From contig NC_085842.1 in assembly GCF_035594765.1 (NCBI RefSeq), forward strand, positions 91,302,782 through 91,366,781: a stretch of DNA of 64,000 nucleotides, in the 5' to 3' direction. The notes beneath the pieces are model-generated. The model was given only the letters and a program-made list of their open reading frames with translations, was not told the origin of the DNA and did no database searches. Shown in pieces: positions 12,266 through 24,004 of the stretch (the stretch's first letter is position 1; each line of letters begins with the position of its first letter). The DNA is from Anolis carolinensis. Its lineage: Eukaryota. The position numbers and the translations under genes were made by a program.

Positions 12266-15200
12266 TTTATTTTTTAGGCAGCTCTCCTTGTGGCTCGAGA
12301 CGGGTTACAGCATAAGTAAAACATAAACGTTATAAAATTATATTCATATACATATTAAAATGTACTTCTATAAAAGATACATAGTAAAACATAGCAGTAA
12401 AATGTAGCATTAAAGGGATCAAATTAGGGAGGGGTATACACAGTGAAGCTGGAACTTTATCCTCATGTAGATTCAGCCAATTTTTGTATGGAAACCAAAA
12501 TGGACCAGGCATGATAGATTTACTCTTCTTCAGCAGGTGACAGTGATGTGGTGCTTGCAGACAGTGATTCCGCCCCATATGTTTTGAAATTCTTCTTCCC
12601 CTGCTCCTTTCTTATTTCTTTTTTCTTTTGTTTGCTGTAGAGTGGAATTCTAGGCACCTGCTGTCTTCATGTCCCAACAAATGGTGCTCAGAGGAACATG
12701 TGAACTGGCCTTCAAAGAGCTTGAATGCCTAATATTCCATTCCACAGCATGTTTAATTAAAACCATAAAAGGGCAAAAAAAGGAAAGAGGCAGGAAATGG
12801 TACTGTTGTTATTTCCCACCAACTTAGAGTCATGGCAGACTTATGAATGGGAGACTGCAAAGACCTTCAGTCCTCACCAGCTCATGTCTTATAGATTCTA
12901 AGCCGATTCTTCCTACAATGTTATGGGGCATTCTTGTATTTTTCAGTGAGTCATGCCAGCCATCTCATGGTATGCCTGAAGTATGGGAACCACAGCTTAG
13001 TCAACGGTTTCTAGTGAGAGTTGGGAATTGAACTGGTCTCCAATTCATTTAATTTTGTTTTGGCAAATCCATGATATCCCTAGAACTCTCTTCTTGCACC
13101 ACTTGAGTGAATTTTCTTTCTGTTAGTTTTCTTTAGCATCCAGCATGGAGGTATTTCAAAATATGATCTCCCACCTGCAGTTGAAACAGTGCAGAACATT
13201 TACCATCACATCTTATATAATATATGCGTGAAACACTTCATGTGAGGTAATATAGCAGGTGTGGGGCAGTATGGTCCACAGGATAAATGTGGCTCCCGAT
13301 AATATTTGAAGAGACCTGGAACGCCTATTATTTTAAAGAATTTATAGCTACCATTCTGGTAGTAACATATGTGGGTAGAATTGAAAGTCACACCTCCATA
13401 TAAAATGTCTTTTTCTACCATCCCCATGCAACAACTTAAGCTTCCCACTAGCAGTCACCTTTACTTGTGGAGCCTCCCCTCCATGGTTATTTAGCAGGAG
13501 AGGAGTAGGGGGCACTGGAAAATTACAAGGGTATTTTCCTGAACCTCCTCCAAGTCTTTCAGGATGGTGTAATTATGGCGCATCTTGTTATAAGCACACA
13601 TATACATACTTTGCCAATGTTCCCCATTCTTCAGCAGTCACTAAATGGTTGTGGAGGGAAACAGAGGTAGATGAATCCTGAAGGAAGTGAAAGGGAAAAC
13701 ATATTTTAGTTCCACATGATATGTTTTCTGATGCACAGATTGTCACAGACCACAGGGAGTATAGAAACAATGTTGTCACATATTGATCCCCCTGAGGCTT
13801 TTTTTTTTACACAGGAAGTGGGGTTGGACATGTGGATATTCAAGGTTGGGGCTACTTCCTGTGCACACCCCTGCAGCATAGGAAATATTAACACTAGACT
13901 TGACTCATGTGTTGTTCTCACTCTACATGACTTGCCACCTTGATGCAAACACAACCCTTACTCTGTAGTGTTCCTTGTTTACATTTCAGTGCCACTGAGT
14001 GGTGTAGGCATTATTAAGGCATAAACGCCAGGTGCAGAGTGCCAACACAGGCATGAAAATAAGATGCTGGAGATCATGACATGGTAGAAATAAAACTACA
14101 GCCATTTCCAGGGTAGGCCACACTAGCAAGAGCTCAACTACTAAACTGGATGTGATTTACAGAAGGAGGGAGGGAGCCTGGTTACTCAAGAAGGAAGATG
14201 TGCTGCCCCCCTGTTCCATACAGCAAATGACACTGACAAGCAGATATCCTTAGAGACTTAACCCCACCTTCTAAGAAAAAGGAACCAGACACTTAGAGAA
14301 TTAACCAAGATTTTATTGACAGTTTTAGGTTCCACAACAATTCACCTTGTATATGCCCTATAAACACCTTTCTTTTCGGTGTCACTCACATGCTCATTTT
14401 CTGCCTCAATAATTCTCTGCTAAGATCCCATTCCCACAACAAAAAAGAAAAATGACTGACACCTCAAACAATATTTGATAGTCTAACAACAATTTCCAAC
14501 TTCAAAGACTATATACATAAAAGTTGAAGACTTTTGCTACAAAACCAAACCACTGGGAAATCATTTTCCGACTGACATCAATTCCCTAGCCACTAGAGTG
14601 AAGTCTTTCACTAAAAATACAACTTTTATGTCATTCTTTAACATTTTAATTTAAGACCTAGAAAACATACATAAAATCCATCCCATGTTTGTGTTCATTG
14701 TGAGAATGGGAGAATAAGTGAAGTCGCCCCAGAAAAACAAAATCAATTATGTTAGATGTGGTGGCTCGTGTTTTTTAAGTGCAAAGCAAAGTCACAAATC
14801 TATATAAAATAATAACAAACCATAAATCCCATAGGTTTTTGTGGTACTTTTCTTTGGACATTCACAATTATACAAATTCTTTGAGTAGTGGCAATAATGA
14901 ACTTTTTGTAGAGTCAGGCTTTATGCATGAAGGGATGGATACAGATGTGTTTGAAACTAGGTTCATATGAAAATATTTTCTTGTCTCCCCTTTCCCAGGG
15001 CTTCACCAGAAGATCATGGATTCAGCTGAATAAGTCAGATTGCAATCCAGAGAGGAGGAGATATCTCCAAATACGTAGTGGAGGCATTTTCCATGACTAA
15101 CAGTTCACCTTGATCTATAAGTCTACTCCAAATATGACTAAGTCTGAACCGGATATATTATTGAGAAGGAAGATGCACAATAAAGGGACACTATTTTATA

Positions 15201-15333
15201 TAAGGGACACCACTGTACTACACTATTGTATAGTAAAATCCATGAATATCAAAATCCTGGAACTAAAATTCAGCTGGTACCAAGGGCCCCAATGTATATC
15301 TGAAACAGCTAAGGGAAATAATGCTGTCCTGAT

Positions 15334-15695
15334 TAGGGATGGAAAGAATGTCCATAATTATTAATTTCAAGGTTGAAAAATGAGTTTCTTCACAGAAACT
15401 TGCTTGACAGAAATCACCTTGAGAAGAAATGTGTACACTTTTCCCGTTATTCAATGTAACAAAGTTTGCAGATGAATTACTTCACACAGAAAAGCAGACA
15501 GTTTTCCTTTGTAAAGAACCTGTTTTCTGTAAAGAAAATGAGTTTCCTGTACAAGACATGTCTTTCTTCTACCAAACAATTCCTTCAGGACATTCAAGTG
15601 CAGGGAGATTACTTCAGAGGAATATTTTGTTTCCTTCATAAGTGGGAAGAAACTACCACAATGTTAGTATGAAATAATCAAGGATTGATACCCCA
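15334..15695. mobile_element. Old hAT MITE
   Basis: TAGGGATG / ATACCCCA ends; TSD GTCCTGAT / ATCCTGAT. Confidence 0.5.
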
Positions 15696-15910
15696 ATCCT
15701 GATTATGGGAATGACTACAAATTATATAGGTGATCACCTAATTTCCATAACACATTCATCTTTTGCAAGGTATACCTGGGAAAACTAAACCTGTTTATAT
15801 GCATGTGGCTGAAATGCCTTCTATGGTTTTTTAAGTTCAACACAATTTGGTTTCAAATAGATCTATTTAGGATTGTCCTGCATGTCCTAGTTAAGAAAAT
15901 AGAATACAAT

Positions 15911-16148
15911 AGGGTTGCTGTGTGTTTTCTGGGCTGTATGGCCATGTTCCAGACATATTCCTTCCTGATGTTTTGGCCACATCTATGGCAGGCATCCTCA
16001 GAGATTGTGAGGTAGCTCACAACCTCTGTGGATGCCTGCCATAGATGTGGCCGAAATGTCAGGAGAGAATACTTCTGGATCATGGCCATACAGCCCAGAA
16101 AACACACAACAACCCTGTGATTCTGGCCATGAAAGTCTTCAACAACAC
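15911..16148. mobile_element. Penelope-like element remnant: two inverted pLTR ends forming a palindrome
   Basis: ~100-bp inverted repeat centred near 16012; 13-bp TSD AATAGAATACAAT (15898-15910, 16149-16161); homologous to 22345-22480. Confidence 0.8.
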
Positions 16149-16455
16149 AATAGAATACAATGGTTTTATTCTTTTAAACAATGTTTAAAAATTAATTAAT
16201 TAACTAATTAAATGTCCATTGACATCTCTGGAACACACTTGGAGGTTCCACAGTCTCTCAGGTTTGCCAATGCAAGTTATATAAGTTGAAATAACAAATG
16301 ATTTCTTCTACTTCCAGAAGTGGTGAAATCTTTCTGAAGCATTTACAAAATGACTGTGGCACTTTTACTGAATAAAAACCCACTGCTTCTGACTGTTTTA
16401 AAAAATATCTGACAGATTTTGTAAAAGTAATAGTCTAGTGTAAATTGTAGGTGAG

Positions 16456-17191
16456 TGTAATGGATCTGGCCTACCTTAAAAGGTTGGTAAGTGGCCCATC
16501 TTGCAGGACTGGTGTGTGGGCTGAGGGTGTGCAGAGCAAGGGGGAGGAGCAGTCAAGCAGCTATTACCATATGTGAAGTCTGATTGGCTGAATGCAAATG
16601 AGAAGTTGCTTAGCAACTGGAGATGGGTGGAGCCAAAGTGACAGTTGGAGCCAGAGCATTCTTTTTTCAGTTAGATCTTGGAATCCAGTCAGTGAGCAGT
16701 TAGAGTTTAAAAGACAGTCAGTTGGGAATTGGTCTTTGAAATTTAGTTAGTTGGGAATTGTGTTTTGAAACGGAAGCCTCTTTGAGGAAATATAGGGAAA
16801 AGCCTTCAAGAAAGAAAGGGCTAAGACCTATAGTTTAGAGCACTACTGTTTAAATCCCAGAAGAAGTGGATTTAAAAGTAAATTATCCTGCTTTTGATTC
16901 CTTGGTGAAGGAACATAGTTACACAGAAACCAAGTTATAAGAACATCCTTTGAAGAGAAAACCGTAAGTCTTTAATGAAACCGCTAAACATCTCTACTCT
17001 TCAATGGTAATGAAACCATCACACATATTTACTGTTCAAACTACAAATAAACAACCATTTCTTGTTTCTTCTCACATAAAGTGTCACATGTCTCTCTCTC
17101 AATATCTTAATATAGAAGAGGCTCCTGAATAAAGCATTGGTGGCAGCATTTGATAGAGGTAGTGCGTTCGAATACATTTTGGTGGCAGCAG
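16456..17191 (+). mobile_element. Gypsy-type LTR (16456-17176) followed by a primer-binding site
   Basis: TGTAAT...AATACA termini; AATAAA at ~17046 and ~17128; TGGTGGCAGCAG begins 3 nt after the LTR end (tRNA-Leu-like PBS). Confidence 0.65.
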
Positions 17192-17317
17192 AAATAGAAA
17201 ACTCTGCAATTCTGGCAAACTTGAAAAATCTTCTTTATTTTATATTATTAAAACCCCTGATCCTCCATAGTGGGCTTGACTGGACAGTTCTGGATTTGCT
17301 ATATAGTAGAGATTGTC

Positions 17318-17587
17318 CCAGGTTCAAATCCCAGGAGTGGCGTGAGCGGCAGCTGTTAGCTCCAGCTTCTGCCAACCTAGCAGTTTGAAAACATGCCAAT
17401 ATGAGTAGCTCAATAGGTACTGCTCCAGCAGGAAGATAACGGCACTCCATGCAGTCATGCCGGCCACATGACATTGGAGATGTCTACTGACAATGCCGGC
17501 TCTTCGACTTAGAAATGGAGATGAGCACCAACCCCCAGAGTCAGACATGACTGAACTTAACGTCAGGGGAAACCTTTACCTTTACCT
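17318..17587 (+). mobile_element. Sauria SINE, 5'-truncated
   Basis: B-box GGTTCAAATCC; ACCTTT-repeat tail; 11-bp TSD TAGAGATTGTC (17307-17317, 17588-17598). Confidence 0.92.
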
Positions 17588-18304
17588 TAGAGATTGTCTA
17601 AATCAGCCTAGATAGCAATGCTGATTAGAAAAGGATAGGAGGAGATCTGGAGGAGAACAGATTCAAGAAGGCTTGTGAATATTAATGTCATATTCCCTTT
17701 AAGACTACACAGTATCTTTTACTGCTACTTCATATCTTGGCTTTTAGAGTCCCCCTAACTGCAGTCTTCTTGACAATTCCCATGGTTATATACAAGGTTA
17801 TGCCAGTATAAAAACTTTCTGACATGTTAAGTAAGTATCCTGTATTTCCACACACAACATTTTCTCCCAGGCTGAGCAATGCCAGATGGATGAGGCCAAA
17901 CAGAGCTCTGCCCCTCTCCTGATTGTCTGGGGCACCTTAATAACACCACACATGATTGTTATCCTTCATAGATCATCAACTTTATTTTCCATTAGTGTTA
18001 AATAAGACCTCAGCCTGAAACTTCTCCAAATCATCATTGTGATATTTCTTTCCTACTTAGCAGAGTGAGATAGTATTATTGTGAGGATGATACTCAACTC
18101 TATTGCTCCTTTCTATCTTGCTTAGGGGAGGTTTTAGGTCCCAAATTACTGGGCACAATAATTAATTAATGCAAATAAGACAAAAAATTCTTCTAGTCAG
18201 ATGAACTGGTGGCCGAAAGATGGCAATTCAACTTGTAGTAAATTGTATAAACATTTTCCTTTAAACTGATTTTAGGCTTGACCTTGGACATTCATCTGTT
18301 GGAT

Positions 18305-18587
18305 GTGGCCACACTTTCCTTTAAAAAGAGTACTAAAAACATGTATATAAGGAGGAAACAAAGAAGAGATGCGATTCACATGCCAATTGATGGTCAACTA
18401 TTCCTTTAAAAACCCAATGCGTTTTTGACTGCATAAGGAAAGGCCTTCTTCATTTAATATTTAATAATCCAAAATTTGGAGGAATGTTTACTACGACCAG
18501 AGATTTCTTTCAAATACTCATGTGCTTTTAAAAACAACAGTTGACCATCAGTTAGCACATGGAGCTCATTTCCTAAATGTGTCACAC
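18305..18587. mobile_element. Decayed palindromic MITE
   Basis: Inverted arms CATGCCAATTGATGGTCAACT / AGTTGACCATCAGTTAGCACATG plus weaker outer inverted ends. Confidence 0.5.
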
Positions 18588-18868
18588 TTGTCATTGCCCA
18601 ACTAAGGATGGTTAATCAACTGCAATCATTTTTAAAGAGTGCCGATCTGGTCATGGTGATATATGTCATAGTTATATTACATTTGCACCAGAAGAGTGTG
18701 CTATTTCAAGAGTGTCCAGAAATGGTAATATACTAAAAAAGTAATCTATTAATATCTTGAATTAATGAATGAATGCTATAACACCAAAATAGAGTAGACA
18801 GGTTGCTGCTGCATATAGTGATTCCCCATGTTCTATTTCATCCCTGAATTGGCGGTTTTGAAGCCATG

Positions 18869-19914
18869 TGTAATCCACCAGACCAGGATAGGTTACACAG
18901 ACAAAAACACCTCAAGCTGCTGTGGAGGTGCAGGGAGTTCAGTGCCACTGGACACTCAACTTTCCTGCCCCTTCTGATTCTCTTTGTCAGAGCTGTCTCC
19001 AACTGTGACCCAGGTCCTACTGGTTGTTGCAGTTCAGCCGCCTGCTTGATCCCTTTTTCACCCAAATAACACACAGATCAACAACAATAATAAGTTTATT
19101 AAGAAAAGAGTATCTAATATAAAAACAGTTTTAAAATAGTGTTCAAAATATGCAGATTAAGCATTTACTGAAGTACCAGCAAAATCCAGTATGCAAAAGC
19201 AATTTCAAAGTTACACCCGTGAGCTAGATTTCCAAGAGCTTAACAAAAAGCAATGACCAACTCTGCATATGTCTTCCAAAAATCACTGAAGGCAAAAGTA
19301 AGAAACTATAGTCAAAGAGTTGTTGCACTTAAACTAGAATTATATCCAAAAGCTTGAAAGTACAAACCTGACCATAATCCAAATTTGAATTTGAATTTGA
19401 TCATAATCCAAAGGCTTGGAACTTGAAACAAGATTTGTAATCCAAACAGGAGGCATGGAACTTAAACAGGAAAACAAGATGCAGACCCAAGAACAGAACT
19501 CCTATCTTGGAGCTCCCAAGTCAGGCAATTTGACAAATGAAAATCCAACGTTGATCTCTCCACCAAACATTGACCCTAATTCCTTAAGAATATGCTGTAT
19601 TGCCCATGACATCATCCTTTCCCACACCTGGGTTCCCTTTGTTTATCCTTCAGTTTCTGGGAACAACAAATTTGTCTCTGTTTCACACTATCCCGTCTGA
19701 GCTGTAAATGCTGGGTTATCTGTAACCTTCCTTTCTCCTCCACGTTCCTTTCAGAGTCAAACCCTGGCCAATTCTCATAAGAATCACTGCCTGTTTCCTT
19801 GACAACAGATCTATCCAAAACATTCCTATCGTTTCGAAAAACACTTTCACTTTCCCCCACAGAAACACCAGACTCAAACAGAAAATCCCTGTCCTCATCC
19901 TCAGAGACTTCACA
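18869..19914 (-). mobile_element. Possible solo LTR
   Basis: TGT...ACA ends; minus-strand AATAAA near 19093; LTR-like strand composition bias; no clean TSD found. Confidence 0.3.
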
Positions 19915-20549
19915 TGTCTCAACACTGGTTGACCATCACCTATAGTGACATCACCTAGTTCAACGGGGTGATTGGGTAAGGGAAAGGGGAGCAGAAGGGT
20001 GATTTCTCATTGCCCTGTCACCTTGATTGACATCACTGCAGGTGACGGTTAACTAGTAGGACCCATGTTGAGCCCGGATACTCCCACAATGTGGAGAATG
20101 GGAGAAGACAGTAAGTTTCAGAATTTGTCAGAGGATATTCAAATTTCTGGGCCAGGATTTGGTTAACACAGGTCAAGATTAATTGAGGTGGCCTTGCCCT
20201 GCATTAATCTGGATTAAATCCATGAGCCATTTGGCATAAACAGAATTCTGGGAAATGTAGTTTAGGGAGGGGCCTTTTAAATACTCTGCTACAGAGGTCC
20301 TTGCCTTCCCAAATTACATTTCCTAGAAACCTGCTCACACCAGAAGAACTGGGCTGCCCGCATTACAGCCTCAGTGTGATCACGTTTGAATCAATGACAC
20401 TTATAAGCAGTAAGCACACACAGTAAGCTGATAAAAAAGGATTTGAGGGGAAGGTAAGGGCTAGGGAGGGAGTATAGCTAGCTAGGGAATTTGGAAAATA
20501 TAAGTTTGGGGTTGGATAATTTCAACAGAGGAAGATTATAGACTGGATA

Positions 20550-21510
20550 TGACCCTAAACCAGTGCCTGTCATCAGTAATGAACTGGATAAGCACAAACA
20601 AATTGAAACTTAATCCAGACAAGACAGAGATACTTCTGATAAGTCAGAAGACAGACCAGGGAATAGGGATTCAGCCTGTGCTGGATGGGGTTATGCTCTG
20701 CCTGAAGACATAGGTCTGCAGTTTGGGAGTCTTTCTGGACTCGGCATTGAACCTGGAAGCCCAGGTGTCAGCTGTGGCCAGGAAGGTCTTTGCACATTGA
20801 AAACTTGTGCATCAACTACGCCTGTTCCTTGAAAAGCCAGATCTTGCCATGGTGGTACATGCCAATACTTACATCCCATCTGGATTACTGTAACGCGCTC
20901 TATGTGGGCTACCTCTGAAGAGTGTTGGAAAATTCAACTGGTCCAAAGAACTGCAGTCAGGTTGTTAACTGGAGCTGGCTGCAGGGAACAGACAACCCCC
21001 ACCCTTTTGCAGCAGCTCCACTGGCTGCCAGTCTGTTACTGGGCTCAATTCAAAGTGCTGGTTATGACCTGTTAAGCACTAGATGGTTCAGGTTCAGGCT
21101 ATTTGGCTGACCACATCCCCTTGCACAAACCTGCCTGGACCCTGAGATCTTCAGGAGAGGCCCTTCTCTTGGTACCACCCCCATCTCAAGCTCAGTTGGT
21201 GGGAATGAAAGAGTAGGCCCTCTTGGTGACTGCTCCACGATTCTGGAGCTCTTTCCTCAGGAAGCCAATAAGGCAGACTTTTAAAGATGAAGATGTTTAT
21301 GACCATTAAGGGCTGCTGTGCTTTTGTGATGTGATTTCACATGCTTTTATCGTTTTAACCAGGATTGTTTTAATATTAATGTTGTTTAATATTGTTTTAA
21401 TATTTGTATATTTGTATATTTTAAGCTGTACTGAAATGTTTTTAGTTGTAAGCCGCTTTGAGTCTCAGTATGGAGAAAAAAAGTGGAATATAAATAATAT
21501 TAATAATAAT
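20550..21510 (+). mobile_element. L2 LINE 3' fragment, decayed
   Basis: Encodes broken NKLKLNPDKTE and LDYCNALY motifs; 3' end TGTAAGCCGCTTTGAGTC plus AAT tail; homologous to 45382-46320. Confidence 0.85.
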
Positions 21511-21799
21511 CGAGATGCTACTGTGGAATTTTGATATCCTTGCTGGGGTATAGTACCATCTGCATTGCATTTTATACCAGTTTTCCCGGAGGTCAGTGGT
21601 GGTTTTATCATAATCTGTTTTTATGTTTTTCCCACACTTTAATTAAAGATACTCTTATGTAGTGGTCCCCAAAGTTTTTTTCCATTTTTCTTTTGTTATA
21701 CCATAGGTAATCATTAGGCTTGCTCAAATAATTCGATTTCCCCGTTACCCGTTATTAATTTGTTACTTTCGTTTCTTTTGAAGCAATATACGGCCTTGA

Positions 21800-22320
21800 T
21801 TGTCCACACGTCTGGATATCGCAGTTTCGAACCGCGAGAGGCCGTTTTTTGTTATGTCGTCATTTTTTTCGTAAGGAAAAAAAGCTTTTGCAAATCACCC
21901 AAACTCCCACCATTCCTAACAGCCTCAGGCCCTTTCCTTTTGCCCCTCAGCAAAAGGGGCGTCACGGGCTCAGCCAATGGGAGGGGGCGAGGGGGAAGGC
22001 GGCCGAGGAGGAGGAGGAAGACGGAGGGGGGAAATGGCCGCCGCCGCCGCCTCGCCTCAGCTCAGGCCTGGTGTCTCTCTGTGAGGCGGGAAGGCGGCGG
22101 ATGGAGCCGGGAATGGAGAGACCGAGAGAGACAGAGACACGCAGAGATGGAGGCTGGCGCGGGGCCCGGCGGTGAGGAGGAAGAGGCCCGGGATGTGAGG
22201 GGGTGTGGGCCAGGCCTGTCCTCGGCTGCTCCCGGGGAGGGAGGGAGGGAGGACTACGACTCCCAGGGGCCCAGATTCGCACCCTCCCTCCCCCCAATAC
22301 AGGTCTCCATACGACGCTAC
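21800..22320 (+). promoter_or_regulatory. CpG-island promoter with candidate first exon of an unidentified gene
   Basis: High CpG density outside any recognisable TE; CCAAT box at 21974; GC boxes; YY1-like AAATGGCCGCC at 22032; splice donor GCG|GTGAGG (GT at 22172); ZNF143-type ACTACGACTCCCA at 22253. Confidence 0.7.
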
Positions 22321-22344
22321 ATGAACTTGAATGGATACTGTGGT

Positions 22345-22736
22345 TGTGTTGTCGAAAGCTTTCATGGCCGGGATCACACTGTTGTGGTATGTATTCCGGG
22401 CTCTATGGCCATGTGCCAGAAGCATTCTCTCCTGATGTTTCACCCACATCTGTGGCAGACATACTCAGAGGTTTTGACGTCTGTGCGAAGCTAGGCAAGT
22501 GGGGTTTATATATCTGTGGAAGGTCCAGGGTGGGAGAAAGAACTCTTGTCTGTGGGAGGCAAGTGTGAATGTTGCAATTGGTCACCTTGATTAGCATTGA
22601 ATAGCCTTGCAGCTTCAAAGCCTGGCTGCTTCCTACCTGGGGGAATCCTTTGTTGGGAGGTATTAGCTGGCCCTGATTGTTTCCTGTCTGGAATTCCCAT
22701 TTTCTGGGTGTTGTTCTTTTACTGTCCTGATTTTAG
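22345..22736 (-). mobile_element. Penelope-like element 3' fragment (pLTR)
   Basis: Contains the hammerhead-like module and ...GGCCATGAAAGCTTTCGACAACAC terminus on the minus strand; shared with 15911-16148 and 50025-50115. Confidence 0.8.
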
Positions 22737-22897
22737 CTTTTCTGTAGCTAAAAATGCATATAAAATTGATTCTATAGGGAGGATAAATGATTGGATTTCA
22801 ACTCCTACAGCTTAGCTTTCTCTGCCAATAATGGTACCATACCAAACTAAACCTCCCAAGATTCTGTAGCAGTGAGCCATCTTGGATATTGTAAGGG

Positions 22898-22900
<3 letters not shown>

Positions 22901-22952
<52 letters not shown>
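22901..22952. repeat. (TAT)n microsatellite
   Basis: Directly visible. Confidence 0.95.
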
Positions 22953-22953
<1 letters not shown>

Positions 22954-23058
22954 GACCTTGCTCCCAGGAAGGTGCCTTCGCTGTGGCTCCCAACTTATCT
23001 ATCTACCTTTCCACATATTCTCCACATTGTGTGTATGTGTATGTATATTATATATACA

Positions 23059-23370
23059 TGAGCCCTGATGGCGAAGTGTGTTAAAGCACTGAGCTGCTGA
23101 ACTTGCAGACCGAAAGGTCCCAGGTTCAAATCCCGGGAGCAGAGTGAGTGCCCGCTGTTAGCTCCAGCTTCTGCCAACCTAGCAGCTTGAAAACATGCCA
23201 ATGTGAGTAGATCAATAGGTACCGCTCTGGCGGGAAGGTAATGGCACTCCATGTAGTCATGCTGGCCACATGACCTTGGAGGTGTCTATGGACAACACTG
23301 GCTCTTGGGCTTAGAAATGGAGATGAGCACCAACCCCCAGAGTCAGACATGACTGAACTTAACGTCAAGG
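23059..23370 (+). mobile_element. Sauria SINE, near full length, running into the gap
   Basis: A-box TGGCGAAGTGTG; B-box GGTTCAAATCC; body closely similar to 17318-17587. Confidence 0.92.
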
Positions 23371-23501
23371 NNNNNNNNNNNNNNNNNNNNNNNNNNNNNN
23401 NNNNNNNNNNNNNNNNNNNNNNNNNNNNNNNNNNNNNNNNNNNNNNNNNNNNNNNNNNNNNNNNNNNNNNNNNNNNNNNNNNNNNNNNNNNNNNNNNNNN
23501 N
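23371..23501. other. Assembly gap
   Basis: N run. Confidence 1.
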
Positions 23502-23986
23502 TTTAACAAAGTTTCAGCCACAAAAACAAAGTTTCTGAAGTAGAACAATGACTTTCACAGTAAAGACAACCCAATTTAACAGGAAATAAGACTTTCATAC
23601 CAGGAACAGATTTCTGCAATTATTAAAAAATGGTTTATTATAAAAGCTATGAAAATTCGCCAAAAATCAGAGGATAAGGGAAACGTTCCAAATTTTGGTG
23701 AGCTATCAGTGTTAAATGTGTTCTACCACTGTACCAAGTTTGAAGAAGATCACTCAAAAAATGAGGGCGGGAGAGTCCTGTAAAATCTCCCCTCGTGCTG
23801 TTTTTTTTTGGCCACTGCGCATGCGCGTCCGCCATTAACGAATTAATTTAGAAAATAACGAATTTTCGTTAATTTCAAATTTTTTGGGGGGCAAAATTCG
23901 GAAATGACATCAGAAACGAAACGCTGGCGCCCCCTACTTTTGAAACGAGTTTAGAATCAATTTTTTTCATGGATCGCTCAAGCCTA
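23502..23986. mobile_element. Right part of a hAT element related to 10272-11308
   Basis: Shares ATGAGGGCGGGAGAG and GCGCCCCCTACTTT blocks; ends GATCGCTCAAGCCTA. Confidence 0.75.
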
Positions 23987-24004
23987 GAAATCATGCCATC
24001 CCAA

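Noticed and set aside
16008-16015. let-7-like TGAGGTAG at the hairpin apex (also at 60384)
   Set aside because: The match is limited to 8 nt, and the first instance is just the junction of two inverted Penelope arms.
21760-22494. 244-aa ORF
   Set aside because: It is a stop-poor frame through a CpG island that runs into a Penelope fragment, with a non-ATG start.
23059-23140. tRNA gene
   Set aside because: The A and B boxes belong to the tRNA-derived head of a Sauria SINE; there is no complete cloverleaf.
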